Notes: generated by a model not told the origin, from the letters alone. A DNA stretch of 54,490 bases, filler included, from Sluysia triapertura (GCA_046118255.1; 3 parts of 3 records of this genome joined end to end with filler, not necessarily neighbours in it); one strand, 5' to 3'; shown: positions 24,868 to 39,049, counted from the whole stretch's first letter. Numbers and translations are program-made.

Positions 24868-27800
24868 CAGTGGCGACTAAAGCTACATTGTAATTCCGGT
24901 CCTATTTTTCAGTCACGACACATACTTTGCCTTTGGTAGTTTGGTTTTAAAGCATATAGTATGTATTTCTATTTAATTATCGGATTCCAAGAAAAAAATA
25001 ATATATATATGTACAAAAATTAAATAAACATAATTTATTAAAACAAACAATAATATACCAAGATTGATTAGTTATATTGCCTTTTTACTCACTTTTAATT
25101 CAGCAAACTCGTCAATTAGTTTATCATAATTAATAGAGCTATTTAATAACTCTTTTTCTATATAAAGTAATGATAAACTATTTAATTTTTGTTGGTCTAA
25201 TGTGGATCTTAAAAAATTTTTTATTTTGGCCATTACTGAGAATGATATTTCACCGCTTACATCGCTTATTGGAAATATTAAATAAATTCTCAGAATTATA
25301 TTTAAATTAGGGAATGTTGCAATAATTTTACTTTCCTGAATAGATGACCACATGGATACAGGCGGAATAATATTTTCTTTACTTAAAAAAGTCTTAAATT
25401 GTAATATTTCATTTTTCAGTTCTGCTAGGTTTAAATCTTGTTCATAACATTTTAATTCTTCTATTGATGAGTCACTAACATCACTCTAATGAAAAATTGT
25501 TTTGAATTTATTGTTAATAGTTTTATATCCATCAAATCTTTTTTTAATGTTGTTAATTAAAGAATCGCATAAAACAAAAGAAATATTAACTTTAAAATGT
25601 TCCTTGCCACTGAATCTTACATAATGTTCTGGAATTTCATCATGAAATAGTTTATTATCATTAGTATATGAAATATCTTGAACTTTTTATGCTTCTTTTT
25701 ATCTTTTATTTCAAAATCATCTCTAACACTTTGTATGAAATCTATCAAGGAATCATATATTAAAACTGCTGCATTTAGGGATTCGTATTTTTGTTGAGGA
25801 GTATTTTTTGAAGCATCTATTCTCTCTAAAATCTTTTCCCATATAGTAAGTAACAGTATATACTCAAATGTATCAAGCTTTTTAAGTAAATCGGCAGCTT
25901 TGGACCTTGTTAATGGTTTTTCATCTTCGTTTGTGGAAAAATAACTTTAAAAATGTTTAATTTCTTCATAGTTTTCCTTTAAGAATTTTACAGCATCGGA
26001 ACGAGCGGACCACCTGGTGTCACAAATAGGTTTAATACTCAAGTGTTTGCTTATACAAAATTTTTGTAATGCATTCCACCTATGTGTAGAACTTGAAAAA
26101 AATACGTACAATTCCCGAACGATATTGAAAAAGTGGTCATTTCCATGCAACGTTCGGCAGCAGCGTTTCCAATTAAATTTAATGAATACGCATGGTATAA
26201 AATGGGCAGAAACAATATGTTGTTTTATTATGGATTGGAGTCTCTTATGTTTAATTGACATTGAACACAGTTATTTAAAATTCTAAAATAACTTTCTCCA
26301 AGTATGGAAAATATAGATATAAGTCCCAAAAATCTTTCTTTTATATCACTTGGAAGAACATAGCGAATAATGACGGTCAGATGATCTACGTGAGATATAT
26401 CAGGTGTTGAATCAATAATTAGAGAGTAAAATTTGGCTTCTTTTATTTTGTTCACTATTGTGAGTTGTAAAACTTTCGACATAATAGACGACAAATAGTT
26501 TATAGTACCGGTGTCGCAGCTTGCATATTTTTTCATGTGTCCCGCAAAAATGGATCGAACTTGGATAAATATTCCAAAGCACATATATAATTACCATTAT
26601 TTTCACTAAAAACACTCAAACGCTAGAGAGTATGAAGAAATAAATTTGATTGTCTCACGTTTAAGTACTTCCCTCCAATATTTTTTTTCATTTATAACTT
26701 TTGTCCAGTTCACTGTCAATGCATCCGGTAATTTTAAATTGTGCTATAAAAATTAAAATGGAGTTAATGTAGTCACTGGAGTTTTCATGCTCGGACAATT
26801 TTTACGTACATTTTTCCAACCATTCATCACTTTTGTCATTAGCGTTGTTTGCTTGGAAAATAATTTACAGACGTAACTGCTTAATAAGTTGTTGGTTTCA
26901 GTATAAGCCAACCAATATCTTTTAACTTTTTCCTCGTTATTAATTGTTCTGAAGAAGGCAATAGTTAATTTTCTTGTGATTTGTTTCGACCCTTCGTTGC
27001 ATCGAATAGAAGATGATTCCAAAGATCAATTTATTGATTTTGGTGGTTTTTTTAATATAATATTCTCACATGGCATATGTTACGTATTCTGGCCATAATG
27101 CAATATCATTTACAAAACTCTTAGTATCATCATTACTTTGAGATGATTTTAAATTTATATTTTCTCTTTTTGTTTCATCTTCACAAACGGAATTCTGGTA
27201 TTTTTATCAGAATAGTTTCGGTCACAAATGATGTTTCTGGAGTTTGAGCAGGTGAAATTTGTGAAAATGATGACGATTGTTGTAAAATTTTGTCCAACTA
27301 TCTTTTCATTTGTTTTGCCACTTTATCTCGATCTGATTTTCGCTTTTTTTCACTTCGACTTAAATCTTTATAGGAACTGATTTTAAAGACCACATACTCA
27401 AAAGAAAGAAGAAAATAATCTTCAATTAAATTTATTTTTACTCAAAATCACAATCACAAATAAAATCACAATTTGTGGTATTCTATGTTATATATTATTT
27501 TAATTAAATAATGTAATACTTTTATAAAAACTTACATTTTTATTTTAGGAATTCCAGAAAGTATTAACTATGAATCTAACACAATCTATTTTCAATCAAG
27601 TCTAGATACTTAAGTCTTAATTGCACAATTTTCAATCACAACTCACATAAGATGCAATATATTCAGGAGACATTGATTTTAAACACATGAATAGTAAAGG
27701 CTCGATAGGGGCGAGGCTCGATCGTATTTACAGACATCGACACTCGTGGGTGTGGATGCATAAGTATGGGAATGCTCATCCACTTGTCGACTTTATCAAT

Positions 27801-27968
27801 CAATGATTCGGCATAATTTGGATAAGTTTCAGTAATAATTATGAATATCACGTTTTCCTGTTAAATAAAAATAAAAATTAATTATAAAAATTAAAAACCT
27901 AATTTTCAGGCCCAAAAAATTGCGGGCCCTAGGCACGTGATTAAGTTGCTTATGTCTTAGTCCCCCTG
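24868..27968 (-). mobile_element. Decayed hAT transposon (ZMYM1/TTF-zinc-finger type transposase pseudogene)
   Basis: Fragments in the expected order: WLAY...YVCKLF (TTF finger), KFYSLIIDSTPDISHVDHLTVIIRYV...IKERFLG, CDTRWSARSDAV, and the dimerisation domain FPNLNIILRIYLIFPIS...SFSVMAKIKNFLRST. Imperfect termini CAGTGGCGACTAA (24868) and TTAGTCCCCCTG (ending 27968). Confidence 0.92.
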
Positions 27969-28562
27969 AAATAAAATAATAAAAAATAAAAATAAAAATC
28001 GAAGTATGATAAATAAAGTTTTTAATCAAAAGTTTGGGTTTTGTGGAAAAGGATATAAAGTTTTAGAGAAGCATATGAATTTATTTGTGAATGATTTGAT
28101 AGTTTTAAAGAGTTTTAAGAAATGTTTTGTCTTCAAAGTAAATTAAAATAAAATAAAATTTATAAACTTAGATTTTACTGGAAATAAAGTAAAATAGTGA
28201 ACAAATGATAAAATTTATAATTTTGACTATTAAGAAAAGTTTTTTGATAATTTTATTAAGTTGTTTCATTCTTAAAATTTATTCACACGAAATTTATGGA
28301 AAATTCATATCAAATTATACACATTTTTTGAGTCACCATAGAATAATTATTTAACTTAATTTTGAAAGAAAAAATTTGCAATTTTTATGGTCGATATTAA
28401 ACTTAATACTCAAAAAAAATTAATAAAAAAATAAGATTAATTTATTTTACATTATTATTATTACTTCGTTGCATATATTTTTATTGATATAATATTATTT
28501 ATTCGCTTATTAATTGTTTTAGTGCATTAAGTGCAATTTTATAATAATTTTATATTTAAAAA

Positions 28563-29613
28563 ATGTCATTAAACAATTCTAATTGTGGCAATGGTATTAT
28601 AATTTTTAACGGAGAACGTTTACTAATATTCTACAATCATTGTGAAATTAAATTCGAAAAATATGAAAGCCAGTGCACCATTTTACGTGGAACAAAAGAT
28701 GGATCAGTTTATTTGACTTCACATAGAGTAAAATAAGATTTAATACTATCGTTCAATTTATTTTTTAGATTGTTTTTATCAATAAAAATCAAAATGACCT
28801 TTTTCGGAGTATTAGTATACCATTTGTTTCAATGAAACATGTTGATATTAAACAGCCAATTTTTGGAGCAAATAGAGTTGAAGGATTTGTTAAAGCTGAG
28901 CCAAATGGTGGTTTTAATGGTCAAATTCAATTTTCTATTACATTTAAACATGGAGGTGCAATCGAATTCGGACAAGCTCTTCTAGAAGCAGGCAGAAGAG
29001 CAACTAGAGGTCAGCCTGAATGGTGTCCACCTCCAAGTTTTTATTCGATACCAACAGGTGCATCTTATTATGCTGCGCCACCACCAGCATATGCACCTCC
29101 TTACCAAGATCCTTACTATCAATTTGTACCGCGCCATGAAGCTTTTGAACAACCAGATTGTTAGAATTAATTTTTAAAAAATTAATTTGTTTTTTAATTT
29201 ATTTAAATTTAGCCAATTTGGTTTATACGTATGGAGTCCCTCCGCCATATCCAGGAGCTTGTCCGTATCCAACTGGACCTGTCAGTGGTATGCCAACACC
29301 TGGAGGAGCTTCTAATATACCTCCATATTCAGCTGCGTCACCAACAACTACTAATGGATTTCACAGTAAGTTTATATTTGGGTTGTATTATCAATTTATA
29401 GATAAGGAGGATGAAGCTAGGATGAATAGTATTCAACCGCCAGCGTATTACAGTAATGTCAATCCTCACAATGTTTACATACATTCTAATCAAACCCAAG
29501 GTCAAGCTCCTAGTTACTATGAAGAAGATCGCGATTTTTCTTTACAACCGCCACAAGCATCTTGTCCTAGTGGACCACCACCACTTTATGGTAGTGACAA
29601 AAAAAATAACTAA
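28563..29613 (+). CDS. WBP2: WW domain-binding protein 2-like; exons 28563-28727, 28769-29159, 29213-29365, 29402-29613
   Basis: MSLNN...GIIIFNGERLL...GTKDGSVYLTSHRIVF (GRAM-like), IKQPIFGANRVEGFVKAEPNGG, FKHGGAIEFGQALLEA, several PPxY motifs and a C-terminal DKKNN. GT-AG introns of 41, 53 and 36 nt have matching phases. Confidence 0.93.
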
Positions 29614-30859
29614 AAGCAAAGATTTGTCTTGATTTAAGTAATACTTGATGATATATTATATTTTAAATATAAAATAATTTATCCAAGAAACTTTTTTCAA
29701 ATTATACTTATTAAATTTATAAATTCATTGTCATAGTTTTTTTGCTTTTGATATTTTGAATTTATTAAATAATTTTTAATGATTGTTTAACTGTTTTTTT
29801 GTTTTTTAATTTTTTTTCATATTACTGCACTTATATGGAAGTAATTGTAGACGTATAATCGTTGGTTTGTTCGGTTTTCATAGTTTCATTTTGATTTATA
29901 TGCATTATACTGATGGATCTTTTCATATTTCTTAAGTCGGAAAGTTACTTTTGAAAAATAATTCTTTTTAAATATTTTTCAAGCTCTGGTTTGGAATGTT
30001 TAAAATGTTTTTGAATTTATCGTATTAACTATCACAATTAAAATATAAAACCATTTATTTTGTAAGGTTAATTATGCATAATATCAAAAAATTCAATTTT
30101 ATATAAAATATTTTAGAAAATTTCAGTTTTTCTGTATCTGTTTTAGCATCTATATTTTGATTTTGTTTTAATATAAGATCTAAATCTTTTTTGAAATATA
30201 TTTTGCAATTAAAAAATACGGACAGCTTGTTTGAAGAGTTATTCTGATAAATTTTAAGAGAAACTATTAGAAGTTCGATATAGTTTTATTTTATATAGAG
30301 TTAGTAATTTAAGGATGTATCATTTAAGCTCTCAAACTGAAACTATAATTGCAATTAGTTTGTGAATCTAAACTGTTCTTTTTTTACTAATAGTCAATAA
30401 TGGTTAATATTTCTTAATTTTACGCAATGCCAGTGATCCTCGAACATATTTTAAGACATTCTGTTGTAATGTATTAATTTTTCAGTTTACTAGTTAGTTT
30501 ATTATTAGTGTTTGTAATGTGGCTTAAGTAATTTTTAAATAAATATTTTTTATCTATTAATTATGCATCAATTAGCATTGTTTAAAAAATGGTTTAAATT
30601 ATAACTAAATTCGCATTAATGCGTCAAATATATGATTTTAAATTACGAAAAATTTAGTGTACTAAAAGCTACAATGTTAAGTTAATCAATGGTGATATTT
30701 TGTTAGTTTAATTTGTGTGCATTCATCGGTTAAAATATAATCTATCATTTTTATTACTAGAGTGACAATATTTGTCATGATTTCCATGATTTATTATGTT
30801 ATTTAATTATATCTTAAATGAATTTTATTTGTTTCGTGCATTAACCACTGAAGAATCTC

Positions 30860-31035
30860 GAACGAGACCCCCTCGCCACTTATAAATATTGTTTATATTT
30901 TTATCTGGAGCGATACCTTCTCGCAAGTTCGTATTTCATAGAACTTAGTGTACATTTATTGCATGTTCGGTATTATTGCCCTGATTGCAACGTTGGTTTA
31001 TGTGTGACACCTTTTAAGATTTATCACACGGTTGA
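30860..31035 (+). pseudogene. Relic of a piggyBac transposase C-terminal cysteine-rich domain
   Basis: Translation RYYCPDCNVGLCVTPFKIYHT at about 30968-31030 matches the CxxCxVxLCxxPCFxxYH ending of piggyBac transposases, with one Cys lost. Confidence 0.7.
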
Positions 31036-34000
31036 ATTTTTAATTTTTTTAAAAATTAACGTTTTTTAAGTTTATATTATGATTTCTACATTATCAATAT
31101 TATAAATAAAAACAAAAAACCTACTTTTCACAGAAAAGCTTGAAGTAAATGGTGTTTATACAATAGGAAGCATGTTACATTACATTATACATGTAATCCT
31201 TTGCGACGCAGTAACTTTGGAATTAGAATCATTAAATGAGGTGCTTCAGATACACCTGAAAGTAGAATATTTGTCCGAAAATTATACATTGTGCTGGCTT
31301 AACGTATGACATTTAAATTTAACCAAAAATATCACAAACACCTCAAAAAGAAATAAGAAAATTCATAATTTTTAACTGTTTCAAGTCGCAACCCATAAAA
31401 CACTGAATTAACCCACATTATTTAGTAGACCATTTCAATTTTAAACCACTCAAGTATAACACTTTGTAAAACAGTTCTAACTTACAGATCATCCACAGAA
31501 CATTAAAGGCACAAAACAATATAATTTCTTATTCACTAGGGACCATCAAACTTAAGAGTTTTCGGAACATGTTTCTAGTTATGCTTAAATATCAAAGAAA
31601 TTAAAGAATTACTTGAATTTGAAGTTATAATAATAAATAAATAAACATTATTGATAACGTAATGAATAATGAAAATTAAATTAAACTATAACTGAGTGAC
31701 GAAATAGTTGATGATTAGGTAATATATTAACTAGTGTCATGTTAAAAATTAACAAATAAAATGATTGGCGGTCATTCTAGTTATGGAGAAATCAGTAAAA
31801 ATTCTTTTTACTACAAACAAGTTAAGAATACAAAGTGAAAATAAAAAATCTTTTTGCCAAGGTTACGTTTTTATTTAATAATGTATAACAATAATTTAAC
31901 ACGAAATCAATTTAACTTGCAATCTTACTCAATTTAATAATTATTACAATCGAATTACAAAAAAATTTTCCTTATGTACAATAAAAATCAATTTATTACT
32001 TTAATGACTTATTAATCTATTTTAATTTGATGTAATTTTCTTAAATCTAAACCTACGGAAAAATAAAAGTTGAACAGGGTCCGGTTACAGTAAACGTCTT
32101 ACAACGTGCGGTTGGCGTTACTGTAACTTAAAGTTAATAATCTTACTATATTTATTTGAAAAACGCGTTTAATGCGTCTCTAACTCAGTAACTGCTAAGA
32201 GGGTCTTATATAATTTTGTATTATGACACAATAAAAAAAGTTAACCAACAATGAGTGCATTAAAATATTAATTAAATACGATACTTAAAATTACTCAAAA
32301 CTAAAATACAAAAGTCGTACAATAATCGAAATTATTCAAAACTAAAAAATCCTGGTGGGATCTCTAATCAATTCTCTAAATTTTGAGTTGGAAATACCTT
32401 CTACTGACAACAAAGGTATTAGCTTAAAGCATGTAATGTTCTGTCGCTATGTTCATTCTGTTCATGAATTGACGATCAGCAAAGAAGATGAAGCAAATTA
32501 TAATAGACAAGCACAAAGAATTACTAAAGAGTATTACAGTTGTCTCTACCACTTTGTCTCGCAATATTTTAATTGATTACAACGTCAAGGTAAATAATAT
32601 TTACTTGTATATCTTTTATGTTAACAATTATTATTATTTTTCATTAGTAGGTGAAACGACAAGTAGAAGTATCATACGAGGAGCGAAGTATCAAAATTAA
32701 AATTTTTCCTAAATAAAATTTTATGTTGTTGTTTTCAATCTTTGTCTAGAGAAAATATAACAATTAGTTTAAAATTAAAAATTTCGAATCAAAAAATTTT
32801 AACAAAAGTAAAAATATAACTAATAAAGATAAAAATAAATTAAATTTTACTTATTATTTTAACCTAAAAAATATTCTAATCATTAACCATACACAACAAG
32901 CATTGAGTTGTTTTTTATTATTTGAAAATAATAATAAATAATTTTTGGGTTGAACAAATTTCGTTATTATTTATAAGAAAATTGGTGATAAATTGTACTT
33001 GTTAATTGAGTTACTAGGATTTTAATATATTACGAATTTTTTATGACTAATGTATAACTTTACATGTATAACTTTGACTAATTTTCATGACTAATTGACT
33101 AATTTTACAATTTTACAACATTGTTTAGTTTACATGTATAACTAATTTTTATGACTAATTGACTTTACAACGTTGTTTAGACTTTACATTTTATTTAGAC
33201 TTTACAAATCTTTTGTTATTTTTTTATATCTCTAATTATTTTATTTCGATTCAAATATGTTCTATAGTTATCTTACTTTGCAGTTCATCATAATATCTCG
33301 TCTTAGTTCTTTAATAATGTTGAACCTATTCTGTCATCCTTAGTTTTGACCCTTACATCTACCATTATTCTTGACCAATCCCAACAGATCACCTACCACG
33401 TTATATTTTTGGTTTTTACGTTAAGTAAAATATTTGATGAAACATAAATATAATTGTTATCGACTTTAGTTATTTGTAGATACTGGTATTTTAATTTTAA
33501 TAATTGCTGCGTTCCCTCTGGTTTCTTTTTGACATATTATTACATGTTTAATATTGATAATAAACAGATATATTGTTGATATTAAGATTTAATCATTTTT
33601 AGTTAATTTATTCCTGTTCTAATATTTGATTTTTGTAGTTAATATAGACTCATTTATTCCTTTTAATTTGAAAATAAAAATAATATTGGGGTTAATTTAA
33701 TATTGAGTTTTTGTTAATAATTTGGATTTAAAGCGCAACAATAAATCAGATAAACTTTACAAATTCAGTAACCATACATCATCTCCACTAACACCAAAAT
33801 GGTGTTCAGAGTGTAAACCGACACTAAACCGACAATAACGACTTTAACAATTATATGGTAAGGCGTGTCAAACTTCAAACTTCACGAAGTACAATATAAA
33901 ATTAATTAATACACGTATAAATGAATTATTAAGATTTCTCTTAATAAATTCAAGCTTTAGATACAGATTTTATTACTAGTTTTTACAAAATATTAACATT

Positions 34001-34561
34001 AGCTTTTAATTTAACAAGATATAATTTGTAATTGGAGCATTTGATATAATTTTAAAACAAAAGCAATCATATCATGTCACTGGAGTTGAATCTAGTCTTT
34101 TATTTATTATAAATCTTGTGAGTAATCAAATTGTAAATGATATCGAATACAAGCAATAAACACCAACATTAAATGCCAAAGAATATAAGCGATGAATACC
34201 ACCGATAAATATCAACATCGCAAAGTTTTATTTTTAAGTGCTTTTCTTTGCAGGTCACTTTATGTCTTAATTTAATAATGGGTATAATACCATAATTAAA
34301 AATAAAATGTAAAAAAATTGTGTTATACTTATAGTAGTATTTATTTTTTTCATCTAATGGGCATCACGCCCTGATTCATATAAAATTTATTTTGTTAATT
34401 GGCATTCACCCTAATTTATTTCGATAACTATAAAATGTTATCATCATTATTAAATTCTTATTTTTATTATCAAGTTGTAACGAATATTATAATATTGATT
34501 TCTTCTAATGATGTTGAAATAATAAGAATTGTTAAATTAGGAAAATAAAATGCAAAATGTG

Positions 34562-34564
34562 ATA

Positions 34565-34605
<41 letters not shown>
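34562..34605. repeat. (AAT)n microsatellite
   Basis: Direct reading. Confidence 0.96.
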
Positions 34606-34606
<1 letters not shown>

Positions 34607-35082
34607 GAAAAAGAAAATAAGTTCCAGCGTAATATTTGTCAATATAATTACTCATAATAAAACTAATTTAATAAAAATAATAGTTAAACGCGTTAGAAAA
34701 CGCAGAAAAGAATTACATCCAAAAAATTAACAGTACAAGAAAATGGAGCCAAATTAATTAGATTAATAGTACAACTAGTTTAAATATAAAATCAATATTT
34801 ATTAAATAATTTTCAAAATGATCTTGTATATAATTACATAATTTTTATGTGTCAAAAAATTAATTTCTTTAAATGAAATTAAAAATTCATTTGTTTTGAT
34901 TATTTAAAGTTGTATTTATGTGTCAAGAAAATTACAAGAAAATTTCAAATAAAATGTTAAAATTTAATTTCTAGAGTTTAATTTTTTATGGTATAAAGTT
35001 TTTCTTTAATATTTTTTCGTAATATTTATTTCTGTACATTTTATGTTTTAAATTTTTTATATAATTTTTTGTTAAATCTTTT

Positions 35083-35856
35083 ATGTCAGTAACAAAACTT
35101 GATAATCCAAAAATAGTGTTAACTTCTTCTGAAGATTCATTAAACCGTTATCAAAATGATTTAGATTCTGCTAATTCTTTAAAGAAACTGAATACTAAAG
35201 TATCAGATGGTTCATTTTGTTATCATTGCGGTGGAACCTTTGAATTAAGCGAGAAAGTTATTCAGTTTGAAGATCTTCAGTGGCATACGTTTTGTTTTGT
35301 GTAAGTCAGTAAATAATTAGAAATTTGTATTTTTAGTTGTGCTCAATGCTTTCAGCCTTTTTCAAATGGAACATTTTTTGAAGTTTGTTATTGTTTTATA
35401 AAATGAAACTCTTATTTAGTATGATGATAAAAAATATTGTGAGCATGATTTTCATGTTTTGTTTGCACCATGCTGTGCTAAATGTGGTGAATTTGTAATT
35501 GGTCGTGTTGTGAAGGCTATGAATACCAACTGGCATCCAAATTGTCTACGATGCCAATTGTGCGATAAGGTTATAAGAGATTCTAACTTTATAAAGAGTC
35601 TTGGAAGGCCCATTTGTAAACCATGTAATGCCCGTGAAAAGGAGGGTAATTCTGGTCGATATATTTGCAGTAAATGTCATGGTGTTATTGATGAAGGAAA
35701 ACAATTGAAATATCGTTCGGAATTTTTCCATCCTTATCATTTTAATTGTCATAATTGTGACATAGAATTAACTTCTGATGCACGAGAAAAAGATGGCGAA
35801 TTGTATTGCTTAAGATGCCATGATAAAATGGGTATTGCTATTTGTGGTGCGTGTCG
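35083..35856 (+). CDS. LIMS1: PINCH/LIMS (UNC-97-like) LIM-domain adaptor; exons 35083-35300, 35337-35382, 35420-35856; 3' exons not seen
   Basis: CYHCGGTF...[15 protein letters not shown]...[37 protein letters not shown]...FHPYHFNC...[27 protein letters not shown] (LIM1-3 and start of LIM4). Introns of 36 and 37 nt; donor GTTAGT at 35857. Confidence 0.95.
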
Positions 35857-38140
35857 GTTAGTAAGTATTACAATTAATTATTTGCTTTGAAAATATGTTT
35901 TCTAGTTAAAATAATCAGGTAATTTTGTATTAAAAAATTTTGTGTAGGTATTCTTATTTGAATTATTAAAAACAAAACAAAACATGAAAATTTAAAAATA
36001 TTTTTACATCGTTGTGCTTTGCTCCGAAAATCATATTTATTTTCAAGATTTTTTTGTAATTGTAATTAGTTGTAATTAGATTTTCAGTCACATGGTATGC
36101 TTTGTGTTGAATTAGTGTATTTAGGAATTATCCTTAATGTTGATTTTTTTAGATTTTTCATTCTTATGATACACTTATGAAAACTTTTTCGCAATAATTA
36201 GTCATTTTTCGTCATTATGTAAACTTACATCACAAATGAATATTTTATCATTTATTTAAAATTGCGTAATAGTTTATAGCACAAAATTATTGAAATGTTT
36301 GTAAAAGAAATTACTTTTTTTAAAGTTTTTGTAATTGAAATCATTTAAATTATTATTTCTATATAATTTTTTTCTACCGCGCAAGGATTTTGTTAAGGTT
36401 GCTCCAATAAAATATGAATGAGTAGGGCTAATATTGCTAATTAATATTTTGTATTTATAGTTTATATTTCTTTATCACAATTGTGACATTACTGACAATG
36501 ATAATGGCTATTATTATTATTATTATTGTAAATGTTACATCATTGATATTAATCTTATTAAATTTATTATTATTAAAATTATACCTCACAATTTATTTTT
36601 AGGGATTTGAAGTGTTAATAAATTTAAAGGTACTGAAGCTGTGATAATCAGCGTTACATATAATGATACTGAATAATATAAAGTAAAAGTTATAAAAAGT
36701 GTGCTATGTTTTCAATAAAAATATTTATGATTGATTATTCATTATGAACATAGTATTGAATGGTTTGAAACGGAATGCTTTAATGATTAATTCTATTGTT
36801 AAGAGTTTTGGTAAGGTTTGCAAAATAATATAAAAAGGAGTATTAAATTGCGATTTAAATTAGAGATTTGTTAAAGTATTTTATGAATTATGTGGTGTTC
36901 GTGTAAGATTTGAAGTTTTCTATCTTAATTAATATAATGTTTTATAAAGATTGAATGTCTTTGGGCACTTACTTATATCGATGGATTCTATGTGTGCTTA
37001 CAATCAATGTAGTCTTCTTTATGGATTCTTGTTCTTGATAATACTATAAGTCCTTTTATCAATAATCGCACTTTGTTAAAATTTTAACTGTAATCTTTTA
37101 TGAGTATAAACTTTATAGAATAGTATTATTCCTTTTCGAATTACTTTATAATGAATTCTTACTCTTGTTAACGTATACTTATCATCCTTAACAATAGTTT
37201 AAATATCCTTGCTTGTATACATTATTATTCGACAATAATAATTTAAATCCTCATAGTAACTATTTTATCTTATATCTTACGAACTCTTTACCGTTTTATT
37301 TTATAAATAATATTTATGCTCTGGATTCAACTTATCTAGTTCACATACTCGTTTCGGTGATCTGAAATGGAAACGCGAAAGTAAGTTTTTGTGTATTTTA
37401 AGATGGAATTTAATTTATTCAGCAAGAATGATCACATTCAATTTTAATCATAAAATCTATTTTCTATTACACGTAAATTTATTTTATGTTTCTTTTGGGA
37501 CCCTACTTTCAAAAAATATAAATAAAGGAATATCAAATGCAATGAAATTTATTAATTATAAAAACAACAATAAATAATAATAACGATAGATAAATATTAT
37601 TTGTAAAGAATTCGTAATTAACCATAACTTTACAACAAAATTAATAATGAAATAGTTTTTAATTATACAAGAATTTGTAATTATAATGATAATAAATTTA
37701 AATATGTTAATATTTAGGCTAACAATAAATATCACTCACTAAAATTTTAAAAATCATTTATTAATTATAATGTATATTTTGCAATATAGTCGTTAATATA
37801 ATGTAAATTCTTCAATTTAAAACATCGATGATTAAGTAGAATTTGGTCTTCAAATTTGAATAAATAAATAAATTAGTAAATAATTGCGATCTGTATCTTC
37901 AAACTTCAACGATCTATTCGTAATTTTTAATTCTAAATTTTAATCTTCCTTCTCGTAATACGTACAGACTTTCTTTTATTTGTTGTGTGAATAATAATAT
38001 TTGTGCCTGGTATTTATATATTTTTATTATCAGCATTTAGTTTTATAAATATAGTAATATATAAATCGAAAAGGTTGATAATAATTTTTTTAGTAATATA
38101 AATTTTATTACTAATTCATAATGTATATTGAATAACCATA

Positions 38141-38189
38141 ATAATTTTGTTGGCAATTAATAATTTTGTTGGCAATTAATAATTTTGTT
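38141..38189. repeat. 19-bp tandem repeat, about 2.5 copies
   Basis: ATAATTTTGTTGGCAATTA repeated. Confidence 0.85.
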
Positions 38190-38311
38190 AATAAGTAATA
38201 CTAGTAAAATAACATGGTAAGGAATTTAAATAATAAAGATAAATATTGTTCTTAGCCTGAATATTTACATTTGTAGATTTGTTATTAAATTTTGATTACG
38301 TATAATTTATA

Positions 38312-38411
38312 NNNNNNNNNNNNNNNNNNNNNNNNNNNNNNNNNNNNNNNNNNNNTTAATTAATTAANNNNNNNNNNNNNNNNNNNNNNNNNNNNNNNNN
38401 NNNNNNNNNNN
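38312..38411. other. Artificial contig linker / gap
   Basis: 44 N + TTAATTAATTAA + 44 N. Confidence 0.97.
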
Positions 38412-39049
38412 AATTTAAAAGTTTTAAATTAATTTTTTATTCGTCTTATAATAATGATAATATTTAAGAAATAAATAATAACTAAAAATTATTAAAATTG
38501 TCAAATTAAAATAAAATAATAATACGATTGTCAATAAAAATCATATATTATTATTATTTGAATCACAGATATTGTTATTATTTGTTAATTATGTCTATAT
38601 ATGTCCGATAGTTCGACGATCGACGATTCCCGACAGTTCCTAAACAATTACGAAAATAAAATTGTTGCGCTGTTATTTAATAATAATGTAGATTACTCTA
38701 TTTAACAAAACTTCAATAATTAATCACTAAATTCAGTATAAAATTATAACAATTTTCCTTAATTCGATAATGTTATTTATTCAACCCAAAAATTAAGTTT
38801 ACTAAACAAAATAAGCAACATTTCAACATTATAATTTAATGATTATAAAAAAATCAAATACAAATTACTGTTATAAGTTTTTACTAACAATAATAAAATA
38901 ATTAAAACTACAGAATAAGCAATAACGTACATATTATCAAGAATATGACAGTCTAAAAAAACAAATGTGACGCAACAGACTAAAAGAAAAATATCCAGAA
39001 AGTTTAAAATATTTTAAAATAATATTACATCTTAAAAACGAACTGTAAT

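Noticed and set aside
26017-26286. 89-aa plus ORF
   Set aside because: Antisense to the hAT transposase.
34470-34655. ORF with poly-Ile, membrane-like
   Set aside because: Produced by the (AAT)n microsatellite.
35546-35752. 68-aa minus ORF
   Set aside because: Antisense to PINCH exon 3.
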